A stretch of 64,000 nucleotides of DNA from positions 32,001 through 96,000 of the forward strand of contig JAHQWJ010000062.1 in the NCBI GenBank assembly GCA_029856125.1, read 5' to 3'. Of the stretch, positions 1 through 10,426 are shown piece after piece. The DNA comes from Promethearchaeia archaeon (GTDB lineage: Archaea > Asgardarchaeota > Lokiarchaeia > Sigyniarchaeales > SOKP01). The notes under the pieces were generated by a model. That model did not search any database. It was not told the DNA's origin and saw only the letters and a list, made by a program, of their open reading frames with translations. How positions within the stretch are numbered: the first letter of the stretch is position 1; each line of letters starts with the position of its first letter. A program made the translations under genes and the position numbers.

Positions 1-72
1 AAAAACAAAATAATAACTCTCATTCCAGTTTGGATTATTTGTGATGTTTTCGTTATGTGTTATCTTTTCCAT
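1..72 (-). CDS. N-terminus of a hypothetical protein with a WNESYYF motif (runs off the window edge)
   Basis: ATG at 72; reads MEKITHNENITNNPNWNESYYFVF to the edge; co-oriented 17 nt downstream of the PEP-utiliser gene. Confidence 0.6.
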   Translation of the reverse strand, partial: MEKITHNENITNNPNWNESYYFVF

Positions 73-89
73 TATATAGCACTACTCCG

Positions 90-2819
90 TTATTTTTCAA
101 TGGTAATTATTCCATCATATCCATTGATCGTTACTATTTGATTATTGTTGAATAATTTGCACGCATTTGGAATATTAGTGACCGCGGGGATTCCATATTC
201 TCGAGATACAACTGCTCCATGAGATAGAATTCCTCCTGTTTCAGTAATTAAACCTCCGATTTTTGAAAAGACAGGTGTCCATCCGGGATCTGTTCGAGGA
301 ACAACAAGAATCTCGTTTATTTTTACGGTAGAGATTTGATCGATAGTATTAATGATATGAATTTTTCCAGTAAATAACCCTTGACTTGCTGGAATCCCTC
401 GAAAGTTTTCACTATTTTTAGTAAATTTAAGCACATCATTATATTCGTGAGAGCCTAAAAGAAATTTTGGTGGAACCTCGTTCTCGTATTTAAGAAATTC
501 ATCTTTTCTTTTATTAACTTCAGCTTTCAGCTTTAAAATTTCCTCATCTTTGTATTTATTATGTAATAAATTTTCAACTTCTTTTTTTTTAAGAAAGAAC
601 ACATCCTCTTCCTCTTTTAGAAAACCCTCATTTTTCAATAATTTTCCTATCTTTAGATAAACGTTTCTGTTTCGAGTTATCCAACGATCCAAGATGAACC
701 TCTGGTTTTCTCGAAAAATGATATAAACTCTGCTTATTTTTAGAATAATATTATAAATCTTCCATTTAATAAATCCAAAAGGTAGTGCCCGAATTTTACT
801 TGCAACGATACTCTCTATTTTTTTACGATAATTTTGATTTGGTAATTTTTTCCTTTCTTGTTTGTGGTCCTCATCCATAATCAACGCTTTCAAAATGTTG
901 AAAAGATGTACCATTGGTTTTTCTTTCCAACGCGGATAAAAGGGTTCCCTCGTGAATCCACGATCTCCGTGGTTCTTTAAAAATTTGTTTAGCTCAGTTA
1001 AAAAATGTTGAATTGAATCATCTTTGTGATTGATTAAAAGATTGTATATATCCTCCGATGAATTATCTTCGACTAGGGATTTGAGAACAGGTGTTTTTTG
1101 GATTATGCGAGCTATTAAATGAATTTCTTCGTTAGTTTCAGTTAGTTTGTGTCTTAACCCAGAGATTAAAATAGGATAATATCTATGCGTTGCTTCTTCG
1201 CCTAGAAAACGAGTAAGAAGGTATTGCGTTAACAAGTTCATCCCGATATTGTGAACAGGTATTCCATACCTAACCAATCGGAAGTGTGGAATCATTATAC
1301 GATCAAGTTGATCAATTAGAGATAGAAAATCGTCACGTTTTAATTCTTTTTCCGTCAATTTATCAAAATTATTACAAAAAGGTATGAAAGTTCCGGTTGT
1401 CCATTCTTCGTATTTTTTAGCTGTTTTAGTAATACTTCCATCAGGATCGTGAAACATTATTCGAAGTTCTGCGATTATACGACTTTTTGTGCGGAAATGT
1501 AGGTTTTTTATAGTCTCCTTACCGAAATGACCATAACCCGTTGGAAAATAGTTTAAAATATCCTCATTTCGCATTATTGATGGTATTTCATTTTCAACTT
1601 TTTGCCTTAGAACTTTTAAATTAAAATAAACATGGCCATTGTGAAGTTTTAGAAGTTTTTTATCCATACTTGTATAGCCCATTATGCTATTAAGTTCGAT
1701 ATTAACAATGTTTGTTAAATGACTACCTAGTAAGTCAAAAAAAAGAGGAGTAACAGGATCATTCCAATAATCGTCGCTATAACCTCGAGTCCAAAGCACA
1801 TCGTGGTCTTCTGTTTTATTTTCTAAGGTTGTTATAGGCCGAGTTTGAAGCAGCCATATTTGATCGTCTGAATTTATAGCCCATTCAATGTCTTGGGGCT
1901 TATTACCAAATAGATTTTCAACAGTCTCCCCAATTTTAGCAAGCTTAAAAATAATATCGTCTGAGAGTGAAGCTTCTGACCTCTTTTGTTCAGTCAGAAG
2001 AACAGAGTTAACACCACCACCCTTCTGGCGATCTTTGGGATATGTTGCATAAAGTTTATTGCCGATTTTCTTACTAATTATTTTAAATCGTTCCTTCCCT
2101 TTTTTAATTAAGTTTTGAATAATGTATTGATCGGGGTTAATTTGACCCGACACTAAGGATTCTCCTAATCCGAAATTTGATTCTATGAGGTATTCCGTAT
2201 AACTATTTGTTATCGGATTGGCTGTAAATAAAACACCTGAAGACTTTACTTCAATCATTTTCTGAATTAAAACTGCGATATTTACGCTACTGTGAGGGAT
2301 TTTATTTTTCTCTCTATAAGAAATTGCTCTTTCAGTCCAGAGTGATGCGTAACATTTTTTTATATTAAGTGTAATATTTTCAAGACCGATTATATTTAAA
2401 AATGTATCATATTGTCCCGCAAACGAACTTGCGGGTAAATCTTCAGCTGTAGCAGATGATCTAACTGCAAAACTAAAGTTATTGTATAAATTACGGTTGA
2501 TTGATAACTCTTTAATTAGTTCGTCAGGGAGTGGGCTTTCAAGGATTTTTCTTCTGATTAATTCTGATATTTCTACAATTGAGCTGTAGTTATTATATTT
2601 AATGGTTTCCAACGATTTTTGGATTAATTTATCGATCCCATTATGATTTAGAAATAATTTATAACCTGAAGTTTTGATTACATGCCCATCTGGTATGCTG
2701 TAATTATTTTTCAATAAAATATTAAGATTCAGAGCTTTGTTCCCAATACCGATTGCGTCCTCTTCTTTTACCTGAGTTATGTCTATAATAAAAGGATATT
2801 CTACTTTCAATTGAAACAC
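90..2819 (-). CDS. PEP synthase/PPDK-family phosphotransferase with rifampicin-phosphotransferase-like domain order
   Basis: N-terminal ATP-grasp (AVRSSATAEDLPASSFAGQYDT, DIEWA, LLQTRPIT), large central domain, C-terminal swivel phospho-His domain (TDPGWTP, GGILSHGAVVSREYGIPAV). Confidence 0.85.
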   Translation of the reverse strand: MFQLKVEYPFIIDITQVKEEDAIGIGNKALNLNILLKNNYSIPDGHVIKTSGYKLFLNHNGIDKLIQKSLETIKYNNYSSIVEISELIRRKILESPLPDELIKELSINRNLYNNFSFAVRSSATAEDLPASSFAGQYDTFLNIIGLENITLNIKKCYASLWTERAISYREKNKIPHSSVNIAVLIQKMIEVKSSGVLFTANPITNSYTEYLIESNFGLGESLVSGQINPDQYIIQNLIKKGKERFKIISKKIGNKLYATYPKDRQKGGGVNSVLLTEQKRSEASLSDDIIFKLAKIGETVENLFGNKPQDIEWAINSDDQIWLLQTRPITTLENKTEDHDVLWTRGYSDDYWNDPVTPLFFDLLGSHLTNIVNIELNSIMGYTSMDKKLLKLHNGHVYFNLKVLRQKVENEIPSIMRNEDILNYFPTGYGHFGKETIKNLHFRTKSRIIAELRIMFHDPDGSITKTAKKYEEWTTGTFIPFCNNFDKLTEKELKRDDFLSLIDQLDRIMIPHFRLVRYGIPVHNIGMNLLTQYLLTRFLGEEATHRYYPILISGLRHKLTETNEEIHLIARIIQKTPVLKSLVEDNSSEDIYNLLINHKDDSIQHFLTELNKFLKNHGDRGFTREPFYPRWKEKPMVHLFNILKALIMDEDHKQERKKLPNQNYRKKIESIVASKIRALPFGFIKWKIYNIILKISRVYIIFRENQRFILDRWITRNRNVYLKIGKLLKNEGFLKEEEDVFFLKKKEVENLLHNKYKDEEILKLKAEVNKRKDEFLKYENEVPPKFLLGSHEYNDVLKFTKNSENFRGIPASQGLFTGKIHIINTIDQISTVKINEILVVPRTDPGWTPVFSKIGGLITETGGILSHGAVVSREYGIPAVTNIPNACKLFNNNQIVTINGYDGIITIEK

Positions 2820-3022
2820 CTAAAATTTTTGAAATTTCATTGAAAAATATTGATAATAAAAATGTTACTTTATCTTTGTTTAAAGCTTTTTTTAAAGTTT
2901 TATTCAGACAATGCGGTTAACAATTGATTTCAAGAAGAATTCTTCTCTCCTCATTAGAAAAATTTAAAGTTTATACTAGTTTTTATTTAAATACATTATT
3001 ATAAAAGAAACTAGTGAACGAT

Positions 3023-3313
3023 ATGGGTAAAACTAAAAAAACTGGGATATCGGCAACCTTTGGAGCGCGTTATGGTGCTAATGTAAGAAAGAAATGGCGC
3101 TTGGTAATGGAGAAGCAAAAAGGTGGTAATTTAAAATGCCCACGGTGCGAAACAAAAGGATCTATTAATAGAATCTCCACAGGTATATGGCATTGTAAAA
3201 AATGTAATGCTAAGTTTACTGGTGGTGCTTATGATACCCAAACTCCTCGTGGTGCTGAATCATTTAGAATAGCGAAGCGAAAGCAACGAGAGTTAGAAAC
3301 TATAGAAGAATAA
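3023..3313 (+). CDS. rpl37ae: 50S ribosomal protein eL43 (L37Ae)
   Basis: FGARYG, CPRC...RISTGIWHCKKC, FTGGAY; ATG at 3023 preferred over GTG at 3014. Confidence 0.95.
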   Translation: MGKTKKTGISATFGARYGANVRKKWRLVMEKQKGGNLKCPRCETKGSINRISTGIWHCKKCNAKFTGGAYDTQTPRGAESFRIAKRKQRELETIEE

Positions 3314-3585
3314 TGAATAAAAATAACTTACTTATTATTAAATCTACCTTAGAGTTTCAATTTAAAACGCCTGAATTATGTAATTATTCTTATAACTCTA
3401 TTTTACCTGAATTTAAAGTTCAAAAATCAAAAAGATCCACTGTATCTTTAAAAAAAGAAGAAAAATCCTTAATCTTTTTAATAGAAAGTAGAGATATTAC
3501 CGCATTCAGAGCTTCAATTAATGAAATCATCAGTTTTGGTCGGATATTTGAAGGCGTTTTGAATATTGTAAATAACACGCAATAA
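3313..3585 (+). CDS. pcc1: KEOPS complex subunit Pcc1
   Basis: 90 aa; SILPE...RS...IESRDITAFRASIN; conserved position between rpl37ae and pfdB. Confidence 0.85.
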   Translation: MNKNNLLIIKSTLEFQFKTPELCNYSYNSILPEFKVQKSKRSTVSLKKEEKSLIFLIESRDITAFRASINEIISFGRIFEGVLNIVNNTQ

Positions 3586-3661
3586 GCCTAAGATTAAATT
3601 ATTCGTAAATTTCATATTCCACATTTCATTAGATATTATAAAACAAATGTTGTGATTTTCG

Positions 3662-4018
3662 TTGACGATTAATTTAGATCAATTAGATGAAGAAACAAAA
3701 AAAAAATTTCAAAATTTAACTCAGGTTGGGCAGACTTTAGAACTCCTAACACAACAGAAGATTCAAATTGATAGTTCTATCAGAGAAACAGAACTTGCAC
3801 TGGGAGAGTTAGAAAAAGCAAATCCCGATACAATAGTTTATAAGCAAATTGGGGGTATAATGGTTAGAAGCGAAAGAGATAAGCTACTGGCAGAAAAAAC
3901 ATCTGATAAAGAAACCTTAAATATGCGATCAACCACGCTTGCTCAAAAAATAGAACGAACAAAGAGCACTTTTGAAAATATGCAAAAATCTCTTCAAGCA
4001 GATCTTCAAAATCAATAA
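3662..4018 (+). CDS. pfdB: Prefoldin beta subunit
   Basis: Coiled coils flanking ELEK...VYKQIGGIMVR; TTG start. Confidence 0.92.
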   Translation: MTINLDQLDEETKKKFQNLTQVGQTLELLTQQKIQIDSSIRETELALGELEKANPDTIVYKQIGGIMVRSERDKLLAEKTSDKETLNMRSTTLAQKIERTKSTFENMQKSLQADLQNQ

Positions 4019-4033
4019 TTTAATGAAATATTC

Positions 4034-5029
4034 ATGCTTAATTCTAAAAAAGAGGTTTTTTTAAACTTCTTAAAAGGAAAAAATCTCTTAATTACCACCC
4101 ATGATTTAGCAGACCTTGATGGTTTTATCTCAGGAATTGCCTTAAAATACTGTTTTGAAACTCATTTCCCTAACCAAAGCATACAATTAACTTTTTCAGG
4201 GCTATCTAAGCATACAAAAAGTTTTATAAACAAATTTAGTACAAAATTTCCAAACTTTAGCTTTACCTATCAAGAGCATGTTGAATTATCAGACATCGAT
4301 GTTATCGTAATAGTTGACTCAAATAATCTAGATCAAATAAAGCTATTTAATAATTTAGATTTGAACATTCCTTTTGTCTTTATAGATCATCATTTAAATT
4401 TACAGAAAGATTATTCAGGTAATATTTCTTCACTTAATTTGATTTTTGAAAATTATTCTTCAACATCAGAGATAGTGTCATATTTATTTGATGATTGCAA
4501 TATAAAGCTTCCAATACCATACAAATATCTCCTTGTATCAGCAATATTGACCGATTCTGGGTTTCTCAAGTATGGAAATACCGGAACAATAAAAAATTTA
4601 AATAATATCTTACAGGATCAGTTAGAAATTCAGGATGTATTACCCCTACTAGAAAGAGAAGTAGACCTCTCAGAGAAAATTGCACGAATTAAAGCTCTTC
4701 AAAGAGTTAAGTTAATTCGAATTAACAATTGGTTAATAGGAATATCACATCTTAGTAGCTTTAGTGCTTCTGCTGCTTCAACCTTAACAAAAGTGGGTTT
4801 TGACATTGGAATTGTCGTATCTGAAGATAAATCTGATTACAGAATCACTACTCGAGCAAAAAAACAAGTTTGTCTAAAAACAGGTTTACATCTCGGGAAA
4901 ATTATTAGTAAAATAAATAATGTGAATGGTGGTGGACATGATGGCGCTGCTACTTTGAATGGTAAGAACGATGTAGAGGAAAGTCTCAATCAATTAATCA
5001 ATAAAATAAAAGAAACTTTAATTAATTAA
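4034..5029 (+). CDS. DHH-family phosphoesterase
   Basis: TH..ADLDG, IDHH, AILTDSG, C-terminal GGGHDGAA; usual position after pfdB. Confidence 0.9.
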   Translation: MLNSKKEVFLNFLKGKNLLITTHDLADLDGFISGIALKYCFETHFPNQSIQLTFSGLSKHTKSFINKFSTKFPNFSFTYQEHVELSDIDVIVIVDSNNLDQIKLFNNLDLNIPFVFIDHHLNLQKDYSGNISSLNLIFENYSSTSEIVSYLFDDCNIKLPIPYKYLLVSAILTDSGFLKYGNTGTIKNLNNILQDQLEIQDVLPLLEREVDLSEKIARIKALQRVKLIRINNWLIGISHLSSFSASAASTLTKVGFDIGIVVSEDKSDYRITTRAKKQVCLKTGLHLGKIISKINNVNGGGHDGAATLNGKNDVEESLNQLINKIKETLIN

Positions 5030-5070
5030 CTATCCTTATAAAGCAAAAAGAATTATAGATATCTCCTTTC

Positions 5071-5910
5071 ATGAGCTTAATTAAATTTAATAATTTTCAT
5101 TTTCGATATAAAGGAAACGATGAGTATGCGCTTAACAATATTAATTTGGAAATAGAATCAAATAGATTTATTTTATTAGCTGGGGAGACTGGATCGGGTA
5201 AAACTTCATTAATTAGATGTATGAATGGATTAATCCCCCAATTTTACGCAGGTTATTATAAAGGACAAGTAGAAATTTCAGGAAAAAACACAACTGAAAC
5301 AACAATATCTGAATTATCTAGTGAAGTTGGAATCGTATTCCAAAATCCTGAAAATCAACTAATTGCAATGAATGTAGAACATGAGATAGCTTTCGGTTTG
5401 GAAAATTTGGGAATTCCAAGGGAAGAAATAAAAGAAAAAATTAAGGAAGTTGTAGAGATAACTGAAATTGAAAGTATTATAGGTAAAGCCCCTTTCGAGA
5501 TAAGTGGTGGTGAACAACAACGAGTTGCAATCGCTTCAATTTTAGTATTAGAACCTATGGTTATCGTTTTGGACGAACCAACAGCAAATTTAGACCCGTT
5601 ATTTGCAAGAAAAATTTTAAACCTATTAAAAAAAATTCAAGTCGAAAAGAAGATGACTATCATAATTAGTGAACACCGAATGGATTTACTTCTCCCATTA
5701 GTAGACGACATAATTTTAATGAAAGAAAGTGAGATCATAGCTCATGATACTAAGGATAAAATCATAAATTCTAACACATTTGAGAATTTGAATATTAATA
5801 AGCCAAAAATATATTCAATTTTCAATGAATTAAAAAATAGAAATCAATTTCAACACGATATTCCAGTTTCTATTCAAGATGCCATAAGTTCATTAAAAAT
5901 GATTAAATAA
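5071..5910 (+). CDS. ecfA1: ECF transporter ATPase (EcfA1-like)
   Basis: GETGSGKT, VFQNPENQL, ISGGEQQRVAIA, LDEPT. Confidence 0.9.
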   Translation: MSLIKFNNFHFRYKGNDEYALNNINLEIESNRFILLAGETGSGKTSLIRCMNGLIPQFYAGYYKGQVEISGKNTTETTISELSSEVGIVFQNPENQLIAMNVEHEIAFGLENLGIPREEIKEKIKEVVEITEIESIIGKAPFEISGGEQQRVAIASILVLEPMVIVLDEPTANLDPLFARKILNLLKKIQVEKKMTIIISEHRMDLLLPLVDDIILMKESEIIAHDTKDKIINSNTFENLNINKPKIYSIFNELKNRNQFQHDIPVSIQDAISSLKMIK

Positions 5911-5922
5911 CTCGAAATACTC

Positions 5923-6780
5923 ATGATGGATGAAAATTCGCACCCTTTAATAATGGTACACGATGTTGATTATGTGTATTCAAACGGAACAATTGCATTA
6001 AAGCAAGTTTCATTAAATATTAAGAAAGGCGAATTTATTGCAATAATGGGGCAAAATGGAGCGGGAAAAACGACATTGATTCGTACTTTTAATGGTTTAA
6101 TCCGACCAACAAAAGGAAGTATTTTTTTAGAAGGAGAAAATATTGAGTCAAAAACTATTGCTACAATATCTAAAAAAGTTGGAGTTATCTTCCAGAATCC
6201 TATGCATCAACTATTTTCTAATACATTAGAGGATGAAATTAAATTTTCCTTGAAAAATCTAAATTTAGATAAAGAAGAAATTCAAATTAAAGTCGATCAA
6301 ATACTAAAGGAATTTGATCTCGAAAAATATCGAAAAAGATCCCCATTTAACTTATCTGGTGGAGAATCAAAAAAATTAGCTACAGCTTCTATACTATGTC
6401 GAGACCCTGACATTCTAGTTTTTGACGAACCAACATTAGGTCAAGACGCAAAAGAGATTAATTTCTTCCTTGGATTAATAAAGAACGAGTTAGAAAGAGG
6501 AAAAACAATAATAATAGTCACTCATAACATAGAATTTACAGTAGAACATGTTCCAAGGACAATCTTGATGGGTAGGGGACAAATTATTGCGGATGGTCCA
6601 ACACAGAGTATTTTTACGAACGAGTTTTTAATATCAAAATCTTCATTAATTATGCCACAAATATATCTATTCAAAAAAGAACTTCAAAAAATAGGAATTA
6701 CTGTTCCTAAAGAAATTATTAGAGAAAGCGAAATAATTGATTTTTTGGATGCTTATTTGCAGAGCAAATCCACAATTTAA
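5923..6780 (+). CDS. ecfA2: ECF transporter ATPase (EcfA2-like)
   Basis: GQNGAGKTT, FQNPMHQLF, LSGGE, FDEPTLGQD. Confidence 0.9.
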   Translation: MMDENSHPLIMVHDVDYVYSNGTIALKQVSLNIKKGEFIAIMGQNGAGKTTLIRTFNGLIRPTKGSIFLEGENIESKTIATISKKVGVIFQNPMHQLFSNTLEDEIKFSLKNLNLDKEEIQIKVDQILKEFDLEKYRKRSPFNLSGGESKKLATASILCRDPDILVFDEPTLGQDAKEINFFLGLIKNELERGKTIIIVTHNIEFTVEHVPRTILMGRGQIIADGPTQSIFTNEFLISKSSLIMPQIYLFKKELQKIGITVPKEIIRESEIIDFLDAYLQSKSTI

Positions 6781-6797
6781 AGGAGGAAAATTAATAA

Positions 6798-7574
6798 ATG
6801 TCTTTAGAATTTCTGAGCGCTTTCAAATTCTTGAAAAAAGAGACTTTTCTCCACAGTTTAGATCCAAGAACTAAATTATTACTTGCTATAACATATACGA
6901 TTAGTGCTCTATTATTTCAAGAAATAATCCCCTTATTACTAATTTTAATAACCCTACTCCCAGTAATAATTATTGGAAAGTTGTTTAAAAAATGGGTTAA
7001 GAGCGTCAAAGGAATGTCTTTCCTCTACGTTTTTATTATTGTTCTTAATACTCTATTTATTAATGAAAATGGATTATCGTTCGCCATTGCTATGATCTTA
7101 AGGATTTCTATAATGATTTCAGCATTCTCTTTGTTTTTTTTAACTGTGGACCCAAACGATTTAGCTCTTTCCCTAATTTCTATGAAAATCCCATACGAGT
7201 ATGCGTTTTCTTTCTCGTTAGCATTTAGGTTTGTTCCAACTATTGCTATAGAAACACAAAATATCATCGATGCTCAACAGAGTCGAGGATATGAAATGCA
7301 AAAAAAAGGGATTATAAATCAAATAAAAAACTTATTTCCTCTTTTAGTTCCTCTTATTGTTAGTTCAATAAAAAGAGCTTTTAACGTAGCAGAAGCCTTA
7401 GAATCACGATCTTTTGGTAATAAAAAAGATCGGACATTTTATTATACGATTAGTTATTCCTTAAAAGATTGGATATTTTCGCTATACTTGATTCTTTTGT
7501 TAGCTCTTTTAATATTTATTAGAATTAACTTCATGTTAATGCCATTATGGTTTAGGTGGAGTTTACCATTATGA
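6798..7574 (+). CDS. ecfT: ECF transporter transmembrane component T
   Basis: LHSLDPRTK, FRFVPT, AQQSRG, ALESRSF. Confidence 0.92.
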   Translation: MSLEFLSAFKFLKKETFLHSLDPRTKLLLAITYTISALLFQEIIPLLLILITLLPVIIIGKLFKKWVKSVKGMSFLYVFIIVLNTLFINENGLSFAIAMILRISIMISAFSLFFLTVDPNDLALSLISMKIPYEYAFSFSLAFRFVPTIAIETQNIIDAQQSRGYEMQKKGIINQIKNLFPLLVPLIVSSIKRAFNVAEALESRSFGNKKDRTFYYTISYSLKDWIFSLYLILLLALLIFIRINFMLMPLWFRWSLPL

Positions 7575-8227
7575 ATACCTATTCTATTGCGAATTCAAAT
7601 GGTGTTTCTAATTATTACATTGGAATTAACCAGATTGAGATTGATCCCAAAGAAGTTCAAATAAACAAATTAGTAGAATTAATTGAAATTATTCAAAGTC
7701 ATTATGAAGATACCCTTTTACAATTCTTCAACGATAGATATATTCTAAACCCAGAACATATATTGCATGCTTGTCATTTCGTCCAAAAAGCCTTCTATAC
7801 TAAAAATAACATTTCAAATAAAAAGAATCTTGAATTTCTTCTATACTTAGCTGCTAAGAGACAAATTAAGCTAAGTCTCGAATTTTTTGGGGTAAACGAT
7901 TATAATTTACAAGATAAAAGAATAAGTTTTTGTATTATCTCTCAAAAGGATAATATTCAGCAAGTGAATATCGAAATTAATAGCTATTTACATTCTCAAG
8001 ATATAGACTTAAATTTAGGAAATTTATCTATTGATAAGTTTAAAAACGTCAAAAAGTATTTTGAGTTTTCTGATACCCAGATTTTAACCGTCTTAAAGGC
8101 TTACGGATATAAAAACGACGTATTAGATATAAGTTCCAAAAATTTAGAAAGCTTGTATGGAGCATTGAATGACTTAATTTGTGAAAAAATGGTTTTACTA
8201 AGTTTAGAAAAAAGGAGATCTATTTAG
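7571..8227 (+). CDS. cgi121: KEOPS complex subunit Cgi121
   Basis: HILHA...AF...NISNKKNLEFLLYLAAKRQIK.SL..FGV; ATG at 7571 overlaps the ecfT stop (ATGA). Confidence 0.85.
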   Translation: MNTYSIANSNGVSNYYIGINQIEIDPKEVQINKLVELIEIIQSHYEDTLLQFFNDRYILNPEHILHACHFVQKAFYTKNNISNKKNLEFLLYLAAKRQIKLSLEFFGVNDYNLQDKRISFCIISQKDNIQQVNIEINSYLHSQDIDLNLGNLSIDKFKNVKKYFEFSDTQILTVLKAYGYKNDVLDISSKNLESLYGALNDLICEKMVLLSLEKRRSI

Positions 8228-8754
8228 AACTTATTGTACTTATTATTGATAACAAAGATATCATCGGGAGTTAGAAACGATATCCCACTAACCTTTCCTA
8301 GAAGTTCGATCTTTATAATTTTATCTGGATTATCCAAATCTACTCTATTAGTAATTATTTTTGCCACTGATTCAATAATGACATCTCGTTCTATAATCTC
8401 ATTTTTTCTACGTTTTAATTCGATCTTAAAAGAATCTTCTTTGTTTAAATAAAGAGGATAATATTTTTCTACAAAATCCTTTATTACATTTAGTTTTGTT
8501 TCACACACGTAATCAATAGGGACAATTTTCAGGATGAATTGAAAAAAACTAGAATCTTTTTCTAGGATTTCTTTAATCTTTCGTATCACTTCTTTAGTAT
8601 CAAGGTTGGTTGCAGCGGTTATTAATCCAGGATATTTGATCCCTTGAATAATAGGGTATGTATCGCCACACATTAACAGAGTAAACCAAATTTCTGCTTT
8701 TGCATTCGCTTCGTTAAATCTCGAAGTTGAGACTAATAAATTAAAGTTATTCAA
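8224..8754 (-). CDS. THUMP-domain RNA-binding protein
   Basis: NLLVST, LKIVPID, SFKIELKRR, VDLDNPDKIIKIELLG. Confidence 0.88.
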   Translation of the reverse strand: MNNFNLLVSTSRFNEANAKAEIWFTLLMCGDTYPIIQGIKYPGLITAATNLDTKEVIRKIKEILEKDSSFFQFILKIVPIDYVCETKLNVIKDFVEKYYPLYLNKEDSFKIELKRRKNEIIERDVIIESVAKIITNRVDLDNPDKIIKIELLGKVSGISFLTPDDIFVINNKYNKF

Positions 8755-8770
8755 TATTTACTCCAAATAG

Positions 8771-9439
8771 TTAATTTTTATTTAATTTAATAAAAACTTC
8801 AATTTCCTCTTCTGTTACGACCCCAGTTCGCAATAGCTTTAACTCTTCCAAAGTACAATCAACAATTGTCGTGGGAACTTTCGTTTTGGTTTTTCCCCCA
8901 TCAAGTATTAGATCTATTGGTGTTAAAAATTTTTTCGCTACTTCGTTTCCACTTATCGATGGAGGTTCTCCAGAATAGTTAGCTGAAGTTCCTATTATTC
9001 CCCCAAAATATCCTTTTATTTTTAATTTTTTTAAAATAGTTAGAACGATCTCGTTTTCTGGTACGCGAATACCAATCGTATTTCTACCAGCCGTAACTTC
9101 TGGAGGAATAATATTAGGTTCCTTCTTATTTAAAATTAAGGTCAATTGACCAGGCCAGAAGTGTTCAGCTAATTTATAACCTATTTTGTTAAATTCCGCA
9201 ACTTTTTCTGCTTCTTCAATATCTGCAACTAATAGTAATAATCCCTTTGAACGATCTCGATACTTGATATCGTAAATCTTTTCAATAGCAATTAGATTTG
9301 TTGGATCACATCCAAGCCCGTATACACTATTAGTAGGGAAAGCAATTAATTTACCCTCAATAATGTTCTCCACTGCAGTTTCGAAAACAAATTCTAAATC
9401 TTGAATTTTTTTTCCTTTAAGTTTTATTAAAAAACCCAT
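8771..9439 (-). CDS. tsaC: L-threonylcarbamoyladenylate synthase (single-domain TsaC/YrdC type)
   Basis: AFPTNSVYGLG, K.R...K, FWPGQLT, IGIRVP, TSANYSG, TTIVD; no C-terminal SUA5 domain. Confidence 0.9.
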   Translation of the reverse strand: MGFLIKLKGKKIQDLEFVFETAVENIIEGKLIAFPTNSVYGLGCDPTNLIAIEKIYDIKYRDRSKGLLLLVADIEEAEKVAEFNKIGYKLAEHFWPGQLTLILNKKEPNIIPPEVTAGRNTIGIRVPENEIVLTILKKLKIKGYFGGIIGTSANYSGEPPSISGNEVAKKFLTPIDLILDGGKTKTKVPTTIVDCTLEELKLLRTGVVTEEEIEVFIKLNKN

Positions 9440-9484
9440 TTGGATTCATTTGGATTATTTATTTATTAAATAATAAAAAATGTT

Positions 9485-10423
9485 TCACTGATGATTTTCT
9501 TGGCAGAATAATTCATCAGCGAGATTAGCCCACTGAAGATCGAGTCTTTCTTGAAGTTCAATTAACTCTTTTTCAGATAATTTTGAAAATCGTTTCTGTC
9601 TTGATAAGTAATCGATTAGTGGAGCTCTTTTTGAAGGATCTAATAGTGGTTTGCTTTTTTTTGATAAAGTTAAAACACCATTTTCGATTTCATATAAAAT
9701 CCACGAACCTGTTTTAACTGCTAAACGAGGAATTTCAATAGCATCTTCGGAAGCAATGCCCCATCCAGGAGGACAAGAAGCCAAAATGTGAATGTATTTA
9801 CATCCTTCAATTGATTTTGCTTTTTTAAATTTCTCATAAATATCGAGAGGTTCGCTTACAGAACAAGTGGCAACATAAGGGATATCATGTGCTGCCATTA
9901 TCCGGGGTAGATTTTTCTTAAATCGTTCTTTTCCTAATGTGGTTGTAGTTGTTATTGCTCCATGTGGTGTGCTAGATGATCGTTGAATTCCTGTATTCAT
10001 GTACGCTTCGTTATCGTAACAACAATAAATAAAATCAGAATTCCTTTCAGCAGCTCCACTCAAACCTTGAATGCCAATGTCTGTCGTGCCTCCATCTCCA
10101 GCAAAAACTAAAGTCGTCATTTTCTCCCATACTTTACCGGGAAATCGATAATTCTTTGCTTTGAAGGCAGCAGACATCCCAGTTGCAGCCGCTGCCGCCG
10201 CTGCAAATGCCATGTTTGTAAATGGGAAATTTGGTGCAGCTTTGGGCCATAACCCTACTACTACATTTAAACAACTAGCTGGTGATATTAATGCTGTATT
10301 GTGGCCCAATGCTTTCATTGCCCATCGTAGGGCAATTTCGAGACCACATCCAGCACAACATGAATTTCCTGGAAGAAAAAATTCTTCTTGACAAGATTCT
10401 AATGCTTCTTTTAATTTTACCAT
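9485..10423 (-). CDS. porB: Pyruvate/2-oxoacid:ferredoxin oxidoreductase beta subunit
   Basis: CAGCG, TPP-binding GDGG...YDNEAYMNTGIQRS, CPPGW. Confidence 0.92.
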   Translation of the reverse strand: MVKLKEALESCQEEFFLPGNSCCAGCGLEIALRWAMKALGHNTALISPASCLNVVVGLWPKAAPNFPFTNMAFAAAAAAATGMSAAFKAKNYRFPGKVWEKMTTLVFAGDGGTTDIGIQGLSGAAERNSDFIYCCYDNEAYMNTGIQRSSSTPHGAITTTTTLGKERFKKNLPRIMAAHDIPYVATCSVSEPLDIYEKFKKAKSIEGCKYIHILASCPPGWGIASEDAIEIPRLAVKTGSWILYEIENGVLTLSKKSKPLLDPSKRAPLIDYLSRQKRFSKLSEKELIELQERLDLQWANLADELFCQENHQ

Positions 10424-10426
10424 TAT

